From positions 124,001 to 188,000 of the IMG/VR virus record IMGVR_UViG_3300033997_000136: DNA of 64,000 bases. One strand, given 5' to 3'. The translations under genes were made by a program, and so were the position numbers. Numbering within the stretch: position 1 is the stretch's first letter; each line of letters opens with the position of its first letter. This document shows positions 1 to 9,469 of this stretch, one piece after another. The notes beneath the pieces were generated by a model that had not been told where the DNA came from, did not search any database, and saw only the letters and a program-made list of their open reading frames with translations.

Positions 1-254
1 TCTAAATGTAACCAAAATAAACCAGTGTGGTGGATAGGTCTTACTCGTTCCTGTATTAAGAACCATCCACCTGGACACATCCAATACACTTTGGCCAATT
101 CTGGAAAACCACAGCGACCAAAGGTGTGTTCTTGTATGTTGCAAAGTAATCCTGTTAGGAATAATTTCCATGAACAGAACGAAGGGAATTTAATCGCATA
201 GTTAGAAACTAATAACACATAGCGCGTGGTTCCCTTGTGAAACTGAATAGACAT
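1..254 (-). CDS. Protein kinase-like protein, N-terminal part (runs off the window start)
   Basis: Not in the ORF track. Manual translation after an AGGTGG RBS: MSIQFHKGTTRYVLLVSNYAIKFPSFCSWKLFLTGLLCNIQEHTFG...GGWFLIQERVRP, open to the edge. GxTRxV..YAIK..QE resembles kinase subdomains I-III. Confidence 0.55.
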   Translation of the reverse strand, partial: MSIQFHKGTTRYVLLVSNYAIKFPSFCSWKLFLTGLLCNIQEHTFGRCGFPELAKVYWMCPGGWFLIQERVRPIHHTGLFWLHL

Positions 255-275
255 GTCACCACCTATTTATTCTAC

Positions 276-911
276 TTACGGATAACGAGCAGAGATGTAA
301 TGTGCAAAACGTTTTAACGCTTCCCATGTACGGTTTTTCCAACCGTTCATAAAATCTTCATTGGCTTCACGCTTCAATGAGATTTCAACGTAATGTACGT
401 TTTGGAATCCATCTAACAACATGTACAGTTGGTCTACTGCTTCAGAACTACCTTTGTTGCGTTTGAAATACGCATTTAAAGAACTGATGGTTTGACCGCC
501 AATTGAACCATCAATGGTAATATCAGGATAATCCACACTACGGCGGTTTAACACATTCAGTATTTTTTGGATAGATGTACCGACGTTACCACGACCAGCG
601 TTTACACCAAAATCCAATACCTTCTCAGCCAACATAGGACTTAATGCGTATATTTCGTGACAACGCATTTTCTCCCACCATGAGGTACGATATATCTCTT
701 GTGCCAATGCGATTGGAAGGGTTTTCATATCTCCATCCCAATTGTATTTTGGCCACAGGTGTTTGTGTTCTAATGCAGTAGCCACTGTGATACCATGATT
801 AGTGGCTTTCCCTGTATCGCTAGGATGGTCGACATATCCTGATTCAACACCACATAAGTGGTCGATAATTTCTTGTTCAGTCATTGCTTTAACTGGCATA
901 ATAAACTCCAT
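276..911 (-). CDS. Endolysin, glycoside hydrolase family 108 with C-terminal peptidoglycan-binding domain
   Basis: VESGYVDHPSDTGKATNHGIT matches the GH108 EGGYxxxPxDxGGxTxxGIT motif; DFGVNAG; C-terminal IDGSIGGQT and FMNGWKNR. Confidence 0.9.
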   Translation of the reverse strand: MEFIMPVKAMTEQEIIDHLCGVESGYVDHPSDTGKATNHGITVATALEHKHLWPKYNWDGDMKTLPIALAQEIYRTSWWEKMRCHEIYALSPMLAEKVLDFGVNAGRGNVGTSIQKILNVLNRRSVDYPDITIDGSIGGQTISSLNAYFKRNKGSSEAVDQLYMLLDGFQNVHYVEISLKREANEDFMNGWKNRTWEALKRFAHYISARYP

Positions 912-949
912 AACAAAAAAATAAAAGAAGAGGGAGTTTTCACTCCCTC
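912..949 (-). terminator. Intrinsic terminator hairpin
   Basis: GAGGGAGT-TTTC-ACTCCCTC (930-949), with an A-rich tract at 912-929 that is the U-tract on the minus strand. Confidence 0.7.
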
Positions 950-961
950 ACTTTTAAACTA

Positions 962-1216
962 TTATTGATTAAACAAAATACCAGAACGACTTTGCTCTAA
1001 TAAAGTGTTTAACTCATCTGTAGATTTCCCATCGCAAACCTTTGTTACATCTCTTAAAAATTCACGACGATTAAGTGCTGATATTTTTAATTCATCATCA
1101 CCTAATGCTACAGCTAACGTAATCTGACGATCATTTTCTTCAAACTGCCTTACTCGACGAAGACGAATGTCATCTTTGACCAATTGAGTAGCGGCGTCTA
1201 AGTTTACTTTAAACAT
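962..1216 (-). CDS. Tail fibre assembly/chaperone-like protein
   Basis: Start moved to ATG 1216 (GGAG RBS). IRLRR..DRQITLA..GD..R.FLRDVT pattern is typical of fibre chaperone C-terminal halves; lies downstream of a fibre gene. Confidence 0.55.
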   Translation of the reverse strand: MFKVNLDAATQLVKDDIRLRRVRQFEENDRQITLAVALGDDELKISALNRREFLRDVTKVCDGKSTDELNTLLEQSRSGILFNQ

Positions 1217-1484
1217 CAGAAGCAACTCCTTCAAATGTATCATGTATTGAACCTACACCACTTGGTGGTCCAGCTTCTTTTTCATCGATAACCATGGCAT
1301 CTAACAAAAATTCATCATTAGGTAGCTGTGATTCATCAATAATCCAGAATGGAACTTTAGGTGGAACATCTTTTTTACCGATAACTTCCAGCGAAAAATG
1401 TTGCAACGCTTCAAGTGTTGGAATGAGTAAAATAACCCCAGCGGCAGCGTCAGGATTGTTGTAAACTATGACTTTTGACATCAA
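1209..1484 (-). CDS. Tail fibre assembly-like protein
   Basis: IGKKDVPPKVPFWIIDESQLP resembles the IAxKDVPxGxPFxIVDxxxLP motif of fibre-associated proteins. Confidence 0.55.
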   Translation of the reverse strand: MMSKVIVYNNPDAAAGVILLIPTLEALQHFSLEVIGKKDVPPKVPFWIIDESQLPNDEFLLDAMVIDEKEAGPPSGVGSIHDTFEGVASDV

Positions 1485-1497
1485 TAAGCTCCCTAAA

Positions 1498-4041
1498 TTA
1501 ATTAACGGCCATCACAGACACGTATGGTAAATCGCGCGCATCAAAACCGTTAACGTTCGTACTTACGTTCAACGAGTTAACAGGTCTTGTATCACTAGAT
1601 TGTTGACTCACCGTACCGTCACCAGACGCATCATTATCACTAGCAAAACCAAATACAGCATAGTTAGTATTCGCTATAGAGTTCAGATAATTTATGCGAT
1701 AACGACCTTGTGAGATTCGAGTAATTGATGACACATTGCTTGAACGCTGGATAGAAGGGGTTGAGTTACCAGAACCCGTACCTAGCCATGCGACAAACAT
1801 AACGATGTTACCACCACCAGTTAACAGTGAATTTAACTGTTGCACTTGTGTAGCAGTCATCACACCCGCATTACCAGTGGTTGCAGCAGCGATAGCTACA
1901 GCACCGCCTGTGGACGAATACAGAGTGACATTACTACCGCCATATGCAGCACTTAGGTTAGTGCCCACATTGACCTGTGCACCGGCTTGGATGCCGTTTA
2001 GTTTAGCCTTATCAGAAGCACTTAACAAACCAGCGTAGCTAGTTGTTGCACCCAAAACAGTACCAGTAGCACCCGTTGATGAGTACATATAACCGTTAGT
2101 AGGGTCAGCACCATAACTAAGGTTAGTAGGAACGTTGACTTGAGCACCAGCTTGGATGCTGTCAATTTTCTGAATATAAGCAGCAGTAACAATACCTGCA
2201 CCTGATGCACTTGCTCGCGGTAAGTTAACACCACTACCTGTTGATGAATATACCGCCGCGTCAACTGTCGATTGTCCAACTGACAGATTAGTACCTACGT
2301 TCACTTGGGCACCAGCTTGGATACCATCTAACTTCGCTTTATCTGCTGCAGATAATGTACCAGCATTAGATTGCGTAGCAGCAGGAAATACTGTGCCGGA
2401 ACCCGTTGATGAACTTACTGTCACATTCGATGCGTTTGCCGTACTGCCTAAATTGGTTGGTACGTTGACTTGAGCACCTGCGGCGATACCATTCAACTTA
2501 GACAACAATGCGTCAGTAAAGTCGTTCTTACTTAATGCATAACCCGTCACTTTATCCACTTTCAAGTTAAGGGCGTTTTGTTGTGCAGTTGAAACAGGTT
2601 TATTTACATCACTGGTGTTATCTGCATTTCCCAAACCTACTTGTGCTTTGGTCACACTGTGTGGGTTATCCGTACGTGCGATGTGTGCGTTAAGTGGTGT
2701 AACCGCTTGTGATGTAATTGCTTCTTTGACACGCAGTGGTGTCATGTACTCAGTATTCACTGTACCAGCAACTGCTTCCGCAGTGGTAGCAATACCGTAG
2801 TTCTCCACGCTACCTAACCCCACTTGCGCTTTAGTGGTTGCATGTGGGTTATCAGTTCTGGCGATGTGTGCGTTTAACGGTGTTACAGCTTGAGCCGTAA
2901 TAGCCTCTTTGACGCGCAGTGGTGTCATATACCGATTAGATACAGTACCCGCAGTCGCTTCAGCAGTTGATGAGATTGGATAATCTTCGACACTACCTAA
3001 TCCCACTTGCGCCTTAGTCGTCGCATGTGGATTGTCAGTACGCGCGATGTGCGCGTTCAGAGGAGTCACTGCCTGCAATGTGATTGCCTGCTTTACTCTC
3101 AGGGGTGTCATGTAAAGAATGTTTGATGTACCTGTTTCAGCAGATGCTTGGTCAGATATTCCATAATTCTCTACACTTCCAAGTCCAACCTGTGCTTTAG
3201 TCGTTGAATGTGGGTTGTTGGTATTCACCAAGTGGTCAGTAATAGGTTTACCATTTCCTGTTTGGAAATAATACGTCATCGCTAACGGAGTCACATAACT
3301 CGTTGCTTGCAACGTTCCTAACATCTGAGCTTGAGTCGATAAACCGTAGTTCTGCACTAACCCTAATCCCACTTGCGCCTTAGTCGTCGCATGTGGGTTA
3401 CTGGTATTGTTGACGTGGCTGTTTAAATTAGCGTTAGTGGTATCGATGCGAGCATGAAGCTCAGCGTCTTTTAAATTTACCCACTGACGCATTTCATCAA
3501 ATGCAGCTTGGTCACCATAAAGAACAGCACGTGTACATCTGTCAACCGCTTCAACCACGTATTCAAAACCGTAGATGTCACCGATGTCATGTAAGTGATG
3601 TACTGGTGTAAATGCGTGAGGTTTGCCTAATAAGTCACCCCAGCGGACGCTGCGATTATCTAAGTTTAAGTTAGCAATTAACTCAAACAGAATATCAACA
3701 ACGCTTGTGTAACGACCACCCACATACCGCAAATCAACTGTAACAGCACTATCCACTTGCGGATTAGTGACTATGATAGCTGCCATGGTTTCTAAACCAC
3801 TGCGTTCACTTGCTTCTTTGTGATACATGACTGGTACGTAATCAACGACAGGAATCAACACACGACCTGTGATAGATTCACGAACCACTAAATCTTTCGT
3901 AGAATAGAAGCAACCCAAACGAGGGATGATAAGACGATTAACACCAGCAGCTAATGTGTGTTGTTCACCGCGTATGTAGTTTGAACTGAGTACACCTTCC
4001 AAATCTAGCGGAAGTGGGGTGGTGATAATAGTATCCGTCAT
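1498..4041 (-). CDS. Tail fibre protein with phiKZ gp145/146-like N-terminal anchor
   Basis: N-terminus SNYIRGEQHTL..IIPRLGCFY..YVGGRY; repeated NPHxTTKAQVGLGxVENY and GIQAGAQVNV units; C-terminal VAW..G..I..SSNVSSITR..GRYRINY receptor-type domain. Confidence 0.85.
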   Translation of the reverse strand: MTDTIITTPLPLDLEGVLSSNYIRGEQHTLAAGVNRLIIPRLGCFYSTKDLVVRESITGRVLIPVVDYVPVMYHKEASERSGLETMAAIIVTNPQVDSAVTVDLRYVGGRYTSVVDILFELIANLNLDNRSVRWGDLLGKPHAFTPVHHLHDIGDIYGFEYVVEAVDRCTRAVLYGDQAAFDEMRQWVNLKDAELHARIDTTNANLNSHVNNTSNPHATTKAQVGLGLVQNYGLSTQAQMLGTLQATSYVTPLAMTYYFQTGNGKPITDHLVNTNNPHSTTKAQVGLGSVENYGISDQASAETGTSNILYMTPLRVKQAITLQAVTPLNAHIARTDNPHATTKAQVGLGSVEDYPISSTAEATAGTVSNRYMTPLRVKEAITAQAVTPLNAHIARTDNPHATTKAQVGLGSVENYGIATTAEAVAGTVNTEYMTPLRVKEAITSQAVTPLNAHIARTDNPHSVTKAQVGLGNADNTSDVNKPVSTAQQNALNLKVDKVTGYALSKNDFTDALLSKLNGIAAGAQVNVPTNLGSTANASNVTVSSSTGSGTVFPAATQSNAGTLSAADKAKLDGIQAGAQVNVGTNLSVGQSTVDAAVYSSTGSGVNLPRASASGAGIVTAAYIQKIDSIQAGAQVNVPTNLSYGADPTNGYMYSSTGATGTVLGATTSYAGLLSASDKAKLNGIQAGAQVNVGTNLSAAYGGSNVTLYSSTGGAVAIAAATTGNAGVMTATQVQQLNSLLTGGGNIVMFVAWLGTGSGNSTPSIQRSSNVSSITRISQGRYRINYLNSIANTNYAVFGFASDNDASGDGTVSQQSSDTRPVNSLNVSTNVNGFDARDLPYVSVMAVN
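2620..3420 (-). repeat. Tandem ~56-58 aa coding repeats (NPHxxTKAQVGLGxVxxY...YMTPLRVKxAI)
   Basis: Five NPH..TKAQVGLG units are visible in the translation. These are fibre-shaft repeats, not CRISPR. Confidence 0.85.
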
Positions 4042-4064
4042 TTGGATTCTCCGTCAATCCACTT

Positions 4065-4487
4065 TTATTGAAGTGGTAAATTCAAATAAAACTCTTGCTT
4101 AAGTACAACCAGTTTTCGTGGTTCTTTTTCGGTTGCAGGAGCAAGAACACCGTACCGGTCCTCACCCATTAAACGCACTGCAAGATACATTCCTTTTGCA
4201 CGCCACTTAGCGACACCTTCACGAAGTAATAATTCGTAAAATTTCTTATCCGCGTCTTTACGGGATAACTCCGCTGTCGTGTACAACCAATCGTGTACTA
4301 ACGCTGCAACGCGAGTGTGACCTTTAAATAAAACATAAATAAAGGGTAAGCGATAAACAGAATCGAGGTCTGTGTAAAAGCCAGCAGGGACAGTGATACC
4401 ATCCACTTCATACGCTTCTTCCAGTATCCACCATTCGGGTTTGTTAAGCGGGCGCAATAAAGGTTGTTTGTCAATCGGTTTAAACAT
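4065..4487 (-). CDS. DUF1353-like protein
   Basis: TVPAGFYTD, AALVHDWLY, RKDADKKF..GV..MYLAVR motifs; this family commonly lies near phage tail genes. Confidence 0.75.
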   Translation of the reverse strand: MFKPIDKQPLLRPLNKPEWWILEEAYEVDGITVPAGFYTDLDSVYRLPFIYVLFKGHTRVAALVHDWLYTTAELSRKDADKKFYELLLREGVAKWRAKGMYLAVRLMGEDRYGVLAPATEKEPRKLVVLKQEFYLNLPLQ

Positions 4488-4543
4488 GATACATTTCCTT
4501 TATAGTGTCCATCATAAGAATAAGCAAAACGACTTTGACCACA

Positions 4544-5833
4544 TTACCACTGATGGTAACACCATTTCCACTGTGAAACACTAGCATTATCTGTGCCTAG
4601 AATAAGTGCTTGAGTTGCTTTGTTCTTAATAGTGCACGCGAATAGATGTTTTTCATTATACGCAGTACAACACAGAAGAACCAATCGATACGTTCCGGGT
4701 TGAAGTGTTATTTCAAACACACTTGATTTAATGTTAAAATGAAGTCCGTCTGAATGGACAGTTCGTGTCATAACACGATCATCTATATACGCTGCAATCA
4801 CTCCATCTCTTGCTTTTGCAAGCACTTGAATTGTTGTCGTCTGAGATATCGTTAACGTAACATACGGGGTGTAATACGCAGTTTCAGGACCTGACGACTC
4901 ATAATAACCCACACCAAATGGATGGTCTGACGAGATAATGGATTGTGATGACACTGTAAAAGGAAAACTAATTGTGTTGAAATTAGCTAATCCTTCTTTG
5001 ATTTTAAATTTAGTGTATGGTGTTACAACAGATTGATAAAATGTTTCCCTACGTTTTACTGATTGGCGAGCAGTAAAGTCGTTAATAAGAGAAGCAATCG
5101 TAGGTTGTCTACCGTTTACTAAATCAATTCGAGGCATTGTGAAATCTGTAAACTCATCTGGGCTTTCTGCGTAATACATAAACGCTCGAATACCCAAACG
5201 AATAGTGTCTGAACGCATCCGAAATTCGTTGTATGCATTGTTTGGATTCACCATCAGTCCATGGTCAGTTATTTTTTCACCTGTCATCCGATACACACCC
5301 GTATCGTCAAACTGTATTTGTGATGTATTACTGTAAGGGCGCATGTGTGAAACAACTAATAACCATTCATCGCAATAAGCTTCATTTAAAAACCCATAGA
5401 AGAAATAAGGATTTGAGTACGTTGTTGTAGAACTACCTAATAAATGAACGTTCAATCCTGTAAAATCAATTGGGTCTTCAGTAGAAGTGTTTGTTGCGTA
5501 CACACCAAAATAAATCCGACCTATTAATGTATTTTGAGTTTTATGTCTTTTTACAAACATACATAACCGGTACACTTGGTTAGGGTCTACTGGTTTTAAT
5601 TTAGTAATAAAACCACCATCGGGACCTGGTGGCGATACATTGCGACTACGTGCCTGTTGAGACACAATAATACACGACCCTGCGGGCGATAATCGCGCTA
5701 TCTTTGTATTTTCTGGAGGAAATGTTTCATCTCCATTTAAACTACCTAAATCAGTAAACGCAGAACCTGCTAGTGGTGACAATAGATTATTATCTACCAT
5801 CGCTTCATTAAAGCCTTGCAATGATTCTAACAT
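4544..5833 (-). CDS. Hypothetical tail-associated protein, beta-rich, possible carbohydrate-binding modules
   Basis: 429-aa ORF inside the fibre cassette; aromatic beta-rich segments (YRLCMFVKR, NPYFFYG, EWLLVVSH). Confidence 0.5.
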   Translation of the reverse strand: MLESLQGFNEAMVDNNLLSPLAGSAFTDLGSLNGDETFPPENTKIARLSPAGSCIIVSQQARSRNVSPPGPDGGFITKLKPVDPNQVYRLCMFVKRHKTQNTLIGRIYFGVYATNTSTEDPIDFTGLNVHLLGSSTTTYSNPYFFYGFLNEAYCDEWLLVVSHMRPYSNTSQIQFDDTGVYRMTGEKITDHGLMVNPNNAYNEFRMRSDTIRLGIRAFMYYAESPDEFTDFTMPRIDLVNGRQPTIASLINDFTARQSVKRRETFYQSVVTPYTKFKIKEGLANFNTISFPFTVSSQSIISSDHPFGVGYYESSGPETAYYTPYVTLTISQTTTIQVLAKARDGVIAAYIDDRVMTRTVHSDGLHFNIKSSVFEITLQPGTYRLVLLCCTAYNEKHLFACTIKNKATQALILGTDNASVSQWKWCYHQW

Positions 5834-5860
5834 GATACACCTTTTTATAAAAATGAAATA

Positions 5861-5886
5861 AGAAGGAGGGCAAATGCCCTCCTTTC
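5861..5886. terminator. Terminator hairpin
   Basis: AAGGAGGGCA-AA-TGCCCTCCTT between two minus-strand genes. Confidence 0.65.
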
Positions 5887-5897
5887 TTTTTCGACGA

Positions 5898-6449
5898 TTA
5901 AACTCCAGCAGCGTCTTTTACGTTCCAGCTTTCAACCATGATAGCTTCACAGTGGTCAAACACAGCATTACACATCTCAACTGCTTCTTGTGGAGTCAAT
6001 ACGTGTGTGTTGTTATTTTGACTTCTGAAATGAAACACCGTGGTATCGTTTGCAGATATACGGTCTTGTGCGCGAGACTTTAACGCAATCAAGTTAATCA
6101 TGTCTTGTGGTCTGGTTTGAACGTAGTCTTCACCATCGTTGAATATCCAGAGCATCCCTTCAAAGAATTTCTGTTCACGTACAGTGTTTGCGCGGTCAGC
6201 TAATTCCTGAACAGTGAATGGACGTGAAGTAAACGCTTGAACATAAACGTTCTCTTCCACTTGATGGATGGGAGCGATTTCTTCAACCACATCACCTTCG
6301 GGGCGAATAGATGGTAACACTTTCGCATAACCCAGCTCCGCTAACAAATCGTCATCTGGGTCCGTTGGAATACTCATGTCTGGGTGTTCCATACGGATGC
6401 TGTGAAGCGTTGCTGGATAAAAACCAGTCGCTAATTTAATGTAATTCAT
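5898..6449 (-). CDS. Tail fibre assembly protein (DUF4376-like C-terminus)
   Basis: YPATLHSIR..P..SIP..L.ELGY.KV N-terminus and VQTRPQDMINL..FRSQNN..LT C-terminus; immediately downstream of a fibre gene. Confidence 0.65.
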   Translation of the reverse strand: MNYIKLATGFYPATLHSIRMEHPDMSIPTDPDDDLLAELGYAKVLPSIRPEGDVVEEIAPIHQVEENVYVQAFTSRPFTVQELADRANTVREQKFFEGMLWIFNDGEDYVQTRPQDMINLIALKSRAQDRISANDTTVFHFRSQNNNTHVLTPQEAVEMCNAVFDHCEAIMVESWNVKDAAGV

Positions 6450-6460
6450 CTACGCACTCC

Positions 6461-9208
6461 TTAAGCGCTTGGACCAACAGAGCCGTAAACAACTCCATCG
6501 ATATACGTTAAAATAATCATCGTCCAGTTAGCAGCTAACACTGGGGCTAAGCCATCTGCCCATTGAACACCGGCTGGCCAGTTTGTCGCTCTGTTACCGA
6601 TCACTTGCAATACAACACTCATAGAGCGTGTAGCCGCTGGTGGGTTAGTAATAGAGATAGTTCTGGTTGAACCTGGGTCGGTAATTTTCCACACTTGTGA
6701 TGTAGCTAAGTTTACAGCGCCAGTAGATGTTCCTAACAATAATGAATACTTGTTAAGTAACGTACCATCGCCTGATTTTGTAAACAGATCATCCAAACGA
6801 CTACGATCCACAGCACGCATCAAACCAGCATCAGTTGCGCTCGCATTTAACAGAGTTATCGTGTTACCAGTCGATGAACTGATGTCTATATCGAACAAAC
6901 CTACTCTGGTGATACTTAAGTTTGTGGCCACATTCACTTGAGCGCCTGCGGCGATGCCGTCTAACTTAGTTTTATCAGCAGAAGACATTACACCAGCTAA
7001 AGATGTAGTTGCAACAGGGAGTGAAGCGCTAGAACCCGTAGAAGATGTCACAGGAACCGTAGTGGTTGTGCGAGTACCTACACCTAAGTTCGTCGCAACG
7101 TTCACTTGGGCACCAGCTTGGATACCATCTAACTTTGTCTTCATGGCTGATGCGTTCCACCACGCGTTAATCGCTTGGAACACGCGCTGTGCAGTCCAAG
7201 CACGGCGAGTAGTCGCTGTACCAGCTTCAGCTTCTGCTTGTGTGATAGTAGCGGCAGTCCACTCACGAGCGTCTGTGAGACGCGCATCAGATGTATCTAC
7301 TTTTAAATCCAAAGCAGCTTGTAAACCAGCAATAGACGCAATGCTTAACGAATCTAACTCAGCGCGGTTTAACTTGATATAATCCACAATTTCTTGCAAC
7401 TCATCAAGTGTAGTGTCATCAGACGTTAACAGTGTGTTAATACTGTCAATCAACCCTTTTAACACTTTACCTTGTTCAGCAGATAACGGAACTGTTGTTC
7501 CACCAGCAGTCAAGTTATTGACAACCGATGCGATGTTTAACTTTAAGTTCAGTGCAGTTTGCTGCGCTGTACTGACTGGTTTGTTAGCATCAGATGTGTT
7601 ATCGACGTTAGCTAAACCTACATCAGCTTTCACTAATGTCACAGCACCGGTTTTACTGGCTACTGAGGTTACGGTGTTAACCTGTGCTCCAGTTTCAATA
7701 CCGTCTAATTTGGTTTTGAATGTCGAAGACGCCCACCATGCAGCGATTGCTTGAAATACGCGTAATGGTGTAAATGCAAAGCGAGAGGTAGAGATACCAG
7801 CTTCTGCGTCCGCTTGGCTTACTGTAGATGCAGTCCACTCACGAGCATTTGTTAAGCGAGTATCGTTGATACCTACTTTGTTAGCTTCCAACCCATCTGT
7901 TAGTTGTTTTAAGACGTAACCTTGGTTAGCTGTTAATGGTTCTATGCTACCCGGACTGGTTAAGTTATCGACCGTTGCTGGAATAGATAAATTCCAATCA
8001 GAAGACCACACTACATTGTTATCAACACCATTACTGAGTGCTGTATTACAGTGACGAGTGAAACGTTTATTAGTTGCGTTTTCTTGCGCTACAAAACTAA
8101 TCCGTTTAGACGTTGTACCAAACACGACTACGGAGAACTCCATCGCTACTGAAGAATTCAAACCAGGGAACGCACTTGGTAGTGCTGTAAACTGGTAAAT
8201 ACCTTGTGGAATAGCACCCAATACAGTTTTGTCCTGACTGTAGAACGGGTCTCTGGATGTTCCTGTTAAGAAGTTAACATACTGCACAGGAATCGCAGTG
8301 ATATCAGCTTTTAAATCTAGCGCAGCCTGCAATCCAGCGATTGATGCGATGTTCAGTGATTCCAAATCTGCGCGGTTTAACTTGATGTAATCCACAATTT
8401 CTTGTAGTTCATCTAACGTACCGTCGTCAGTTTGTAACACAGAGTTAATCGTATCGATTAAACCCTTTAACACACGACCTTGATTTGCTGATAAAGCTGC
8501 AGCACCATCTGTCGATGTCAAGTTATCAATCACGTCACTTGCATCTAACTTGGTTTCGTTTAATGCATCAGTTAATGCTTTTAACGCAACACCTTGTGCT
8601 GCGGACAACGCTTTAGCTGGGTCATTCGTGATTAAGTTATTCACAACTTCCACAGTTGTACCAAATGAGTGGTATGCACCTGTGTCGTAGTAATACGCGA
8701 CACTAGTGTCGCGAGCTACGTAGATAACTTTCTCTTGACCTATTTGTGGGAAACCTGCAAACGTCGTGAAGAACTCGTAAGCAATACCAGTATCTGGTGC
8801 ACCGCTAAATAAGTTATCTGTAGAGATAACCACCAGGCGACCCGCTGTCTCTGCAGTATGTGTTACTGTGATAGTTTCTTCTGTCACTTGAATTGACGGA
8901 AAATACGCGTAACCATTTGTGTCATACGCTTGAACAGTGACGTCTGTTGAGCCAAAAACGTTATCCACGTTCCATGTAAAGACTGGAATCGTTTGGATAT
9001 GAGTTTTCACCATACCAGCACGACCTAATGGAACCCACACAGTCGTTGCATTTTCACCAGAACCTAAAATTGCGCTTAACCACAATTGATTCTGATAAAT
9101 AGCAAGAATGTGTGCTTCTGCGGTAGGCGACAATTCAGACACCGTACCTGTAAACCGGGTTTGACCTTGGTTCACTGTATTTTGTAACACTCGTACTGAC
9201 CGAGTCAT
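6461..9208 (-). CDS. Tail fibre protein with internal duplications
   Basis: Repeated NNL..LSAxQGxxLK, DELQEIVDYIK, KLDGIxAGAQVN and LTKADVGL-type motifs; C-terminal TISITNPP..WPAGVQWADGLAP domain. Confidence 0.8.
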   Translation of the reverse strand: MTRSVRVLQNTVNQGQTRFTGTVSELSPTAEAHILAIYQNQLWLSAILGSGENATTVWVPLGRAGMVKTHIQTIPVFTWNVDNVFGSTDVTVQAYDTNGYAYFPSIQVTEETITVTHTAETAGRLVVISTDNLFSGAPDTGIAYEFFTTFAGFPQIGQEKVIYVARDTSVAYYYDTGAYHSFGTTVEVVNNLITNDPAKALSAAQGVALKALTDALNETKLDASDVIDNLTSTDGAAALSANQGRVLKGLIDTINSVLQTDDGTLDELQEIVDYIKLNRADLESLNIASIAGLQAALDLKADITAIPVQYVNFLTGTSRDPFYSQDKTVLGAIPQGIYQFTALPSAFPGLNSSVAMEFSVVVFGTTSKRISFVAQENATNKRFTRHCNTALSNGVDNNVVWSSDWNLSIPATVDNLTSPGSIEPLTANQGYVLKQLTDGLEANKVGINDTRLTNAREWTASTVSQADAEAGISTSRFAFTPLRVFQAIAAWWASSTFKTKLDGIETGAQVNTVTSVASKTGAVTLVKADVGLANVDNTSDANKPVSTAQQTALNLKLNIASVVNNLTAGGTTVPLSAEQGKVLKGLIDSINTLLTSDDTTLDELQEIVDYIKLNRAELDSLSIASIAGLQAALDLKVDTSDARLTDAREWTAATITQAEAEAGTATTRRAWTAQRVFQAINAWWNASAMKTKLDGIQAGAQVNVATNLGVGTRTTTTVPVTSSTGSSASLPVATTSLAGVMSSADKTKLDGIAAGAQVNVATNLSITRVGLFDIDISSSTGNTITLLNASATDAGLMRAVDRSRLDDLFTKSGDGTLLNKYSLLLGTSTGAVNLATSQVWKITDPGSTRTISITNPPAATRSMSVVLQVIGNRATNWPAGVQWADGLAPVLAANWTMIILTYIDGVVYGSVGPSA

Positions 9209-9262
9209 ACGTGATACTCCTTCGAATAAACAATAAAAAAGATGGACTTCAGTTCGAAGTCA

Positions 9263-9469
9263 TCACGAACTAGATAAACGTGGGCTACCTACTAAATATG
9301 TTTCATTAGCTGTGACGTCAATGGCGCATTTTAGTAGTCGGCGCTGTTCTTTGAGTAAACTTACTTTCTGTTCAACCGTCAGTTGTTCAGATGCAGTACG
9401 AATGTCTCGAACAGTTTGTTGCATTGGTATTAACCATGCTGCCATTTGTTTTGTAAAAGGAGAATTCAT
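9263..9469 (-). CDS. Small hypothetical protein (helical)
   Basis: 68-aa ORF whose start overlaps the stop of the upstream ORF by 4 nt, indicating translational coupling. Confidence 0.55.
   Translation of the reverse strand: MNSPFTKQMAAWLIPMQQTVRDIRTASEQLTVEQKVSLLKEQRRLLKCAIDVTANETYLVGSPRLSSS

Noticed and set aside
1736-2800. Opposite-strand ORFs over the fibre gene (1736..2038, 2022..2279, 2615..2800)
   Set aside because: Shadow ORFs from repetitive Ala/Thr/Gly/Ser-rich coding on the minus strand; no RBS or recognisable motif.
2620-3420. Regularly spaced DNA repeats resembling a CRISPR array
   Set aside because: They are degenerate at wobble positions, in frame within a fibre gene, and encode NPH..KAQVGL shaft repeats; no cas genes.
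6750-7754. Plus-strand ORFs 6750..6941, 6954..7382 and 7413..7754
   Set aside because: Antisense shadows of the 915-aa fibre gene.
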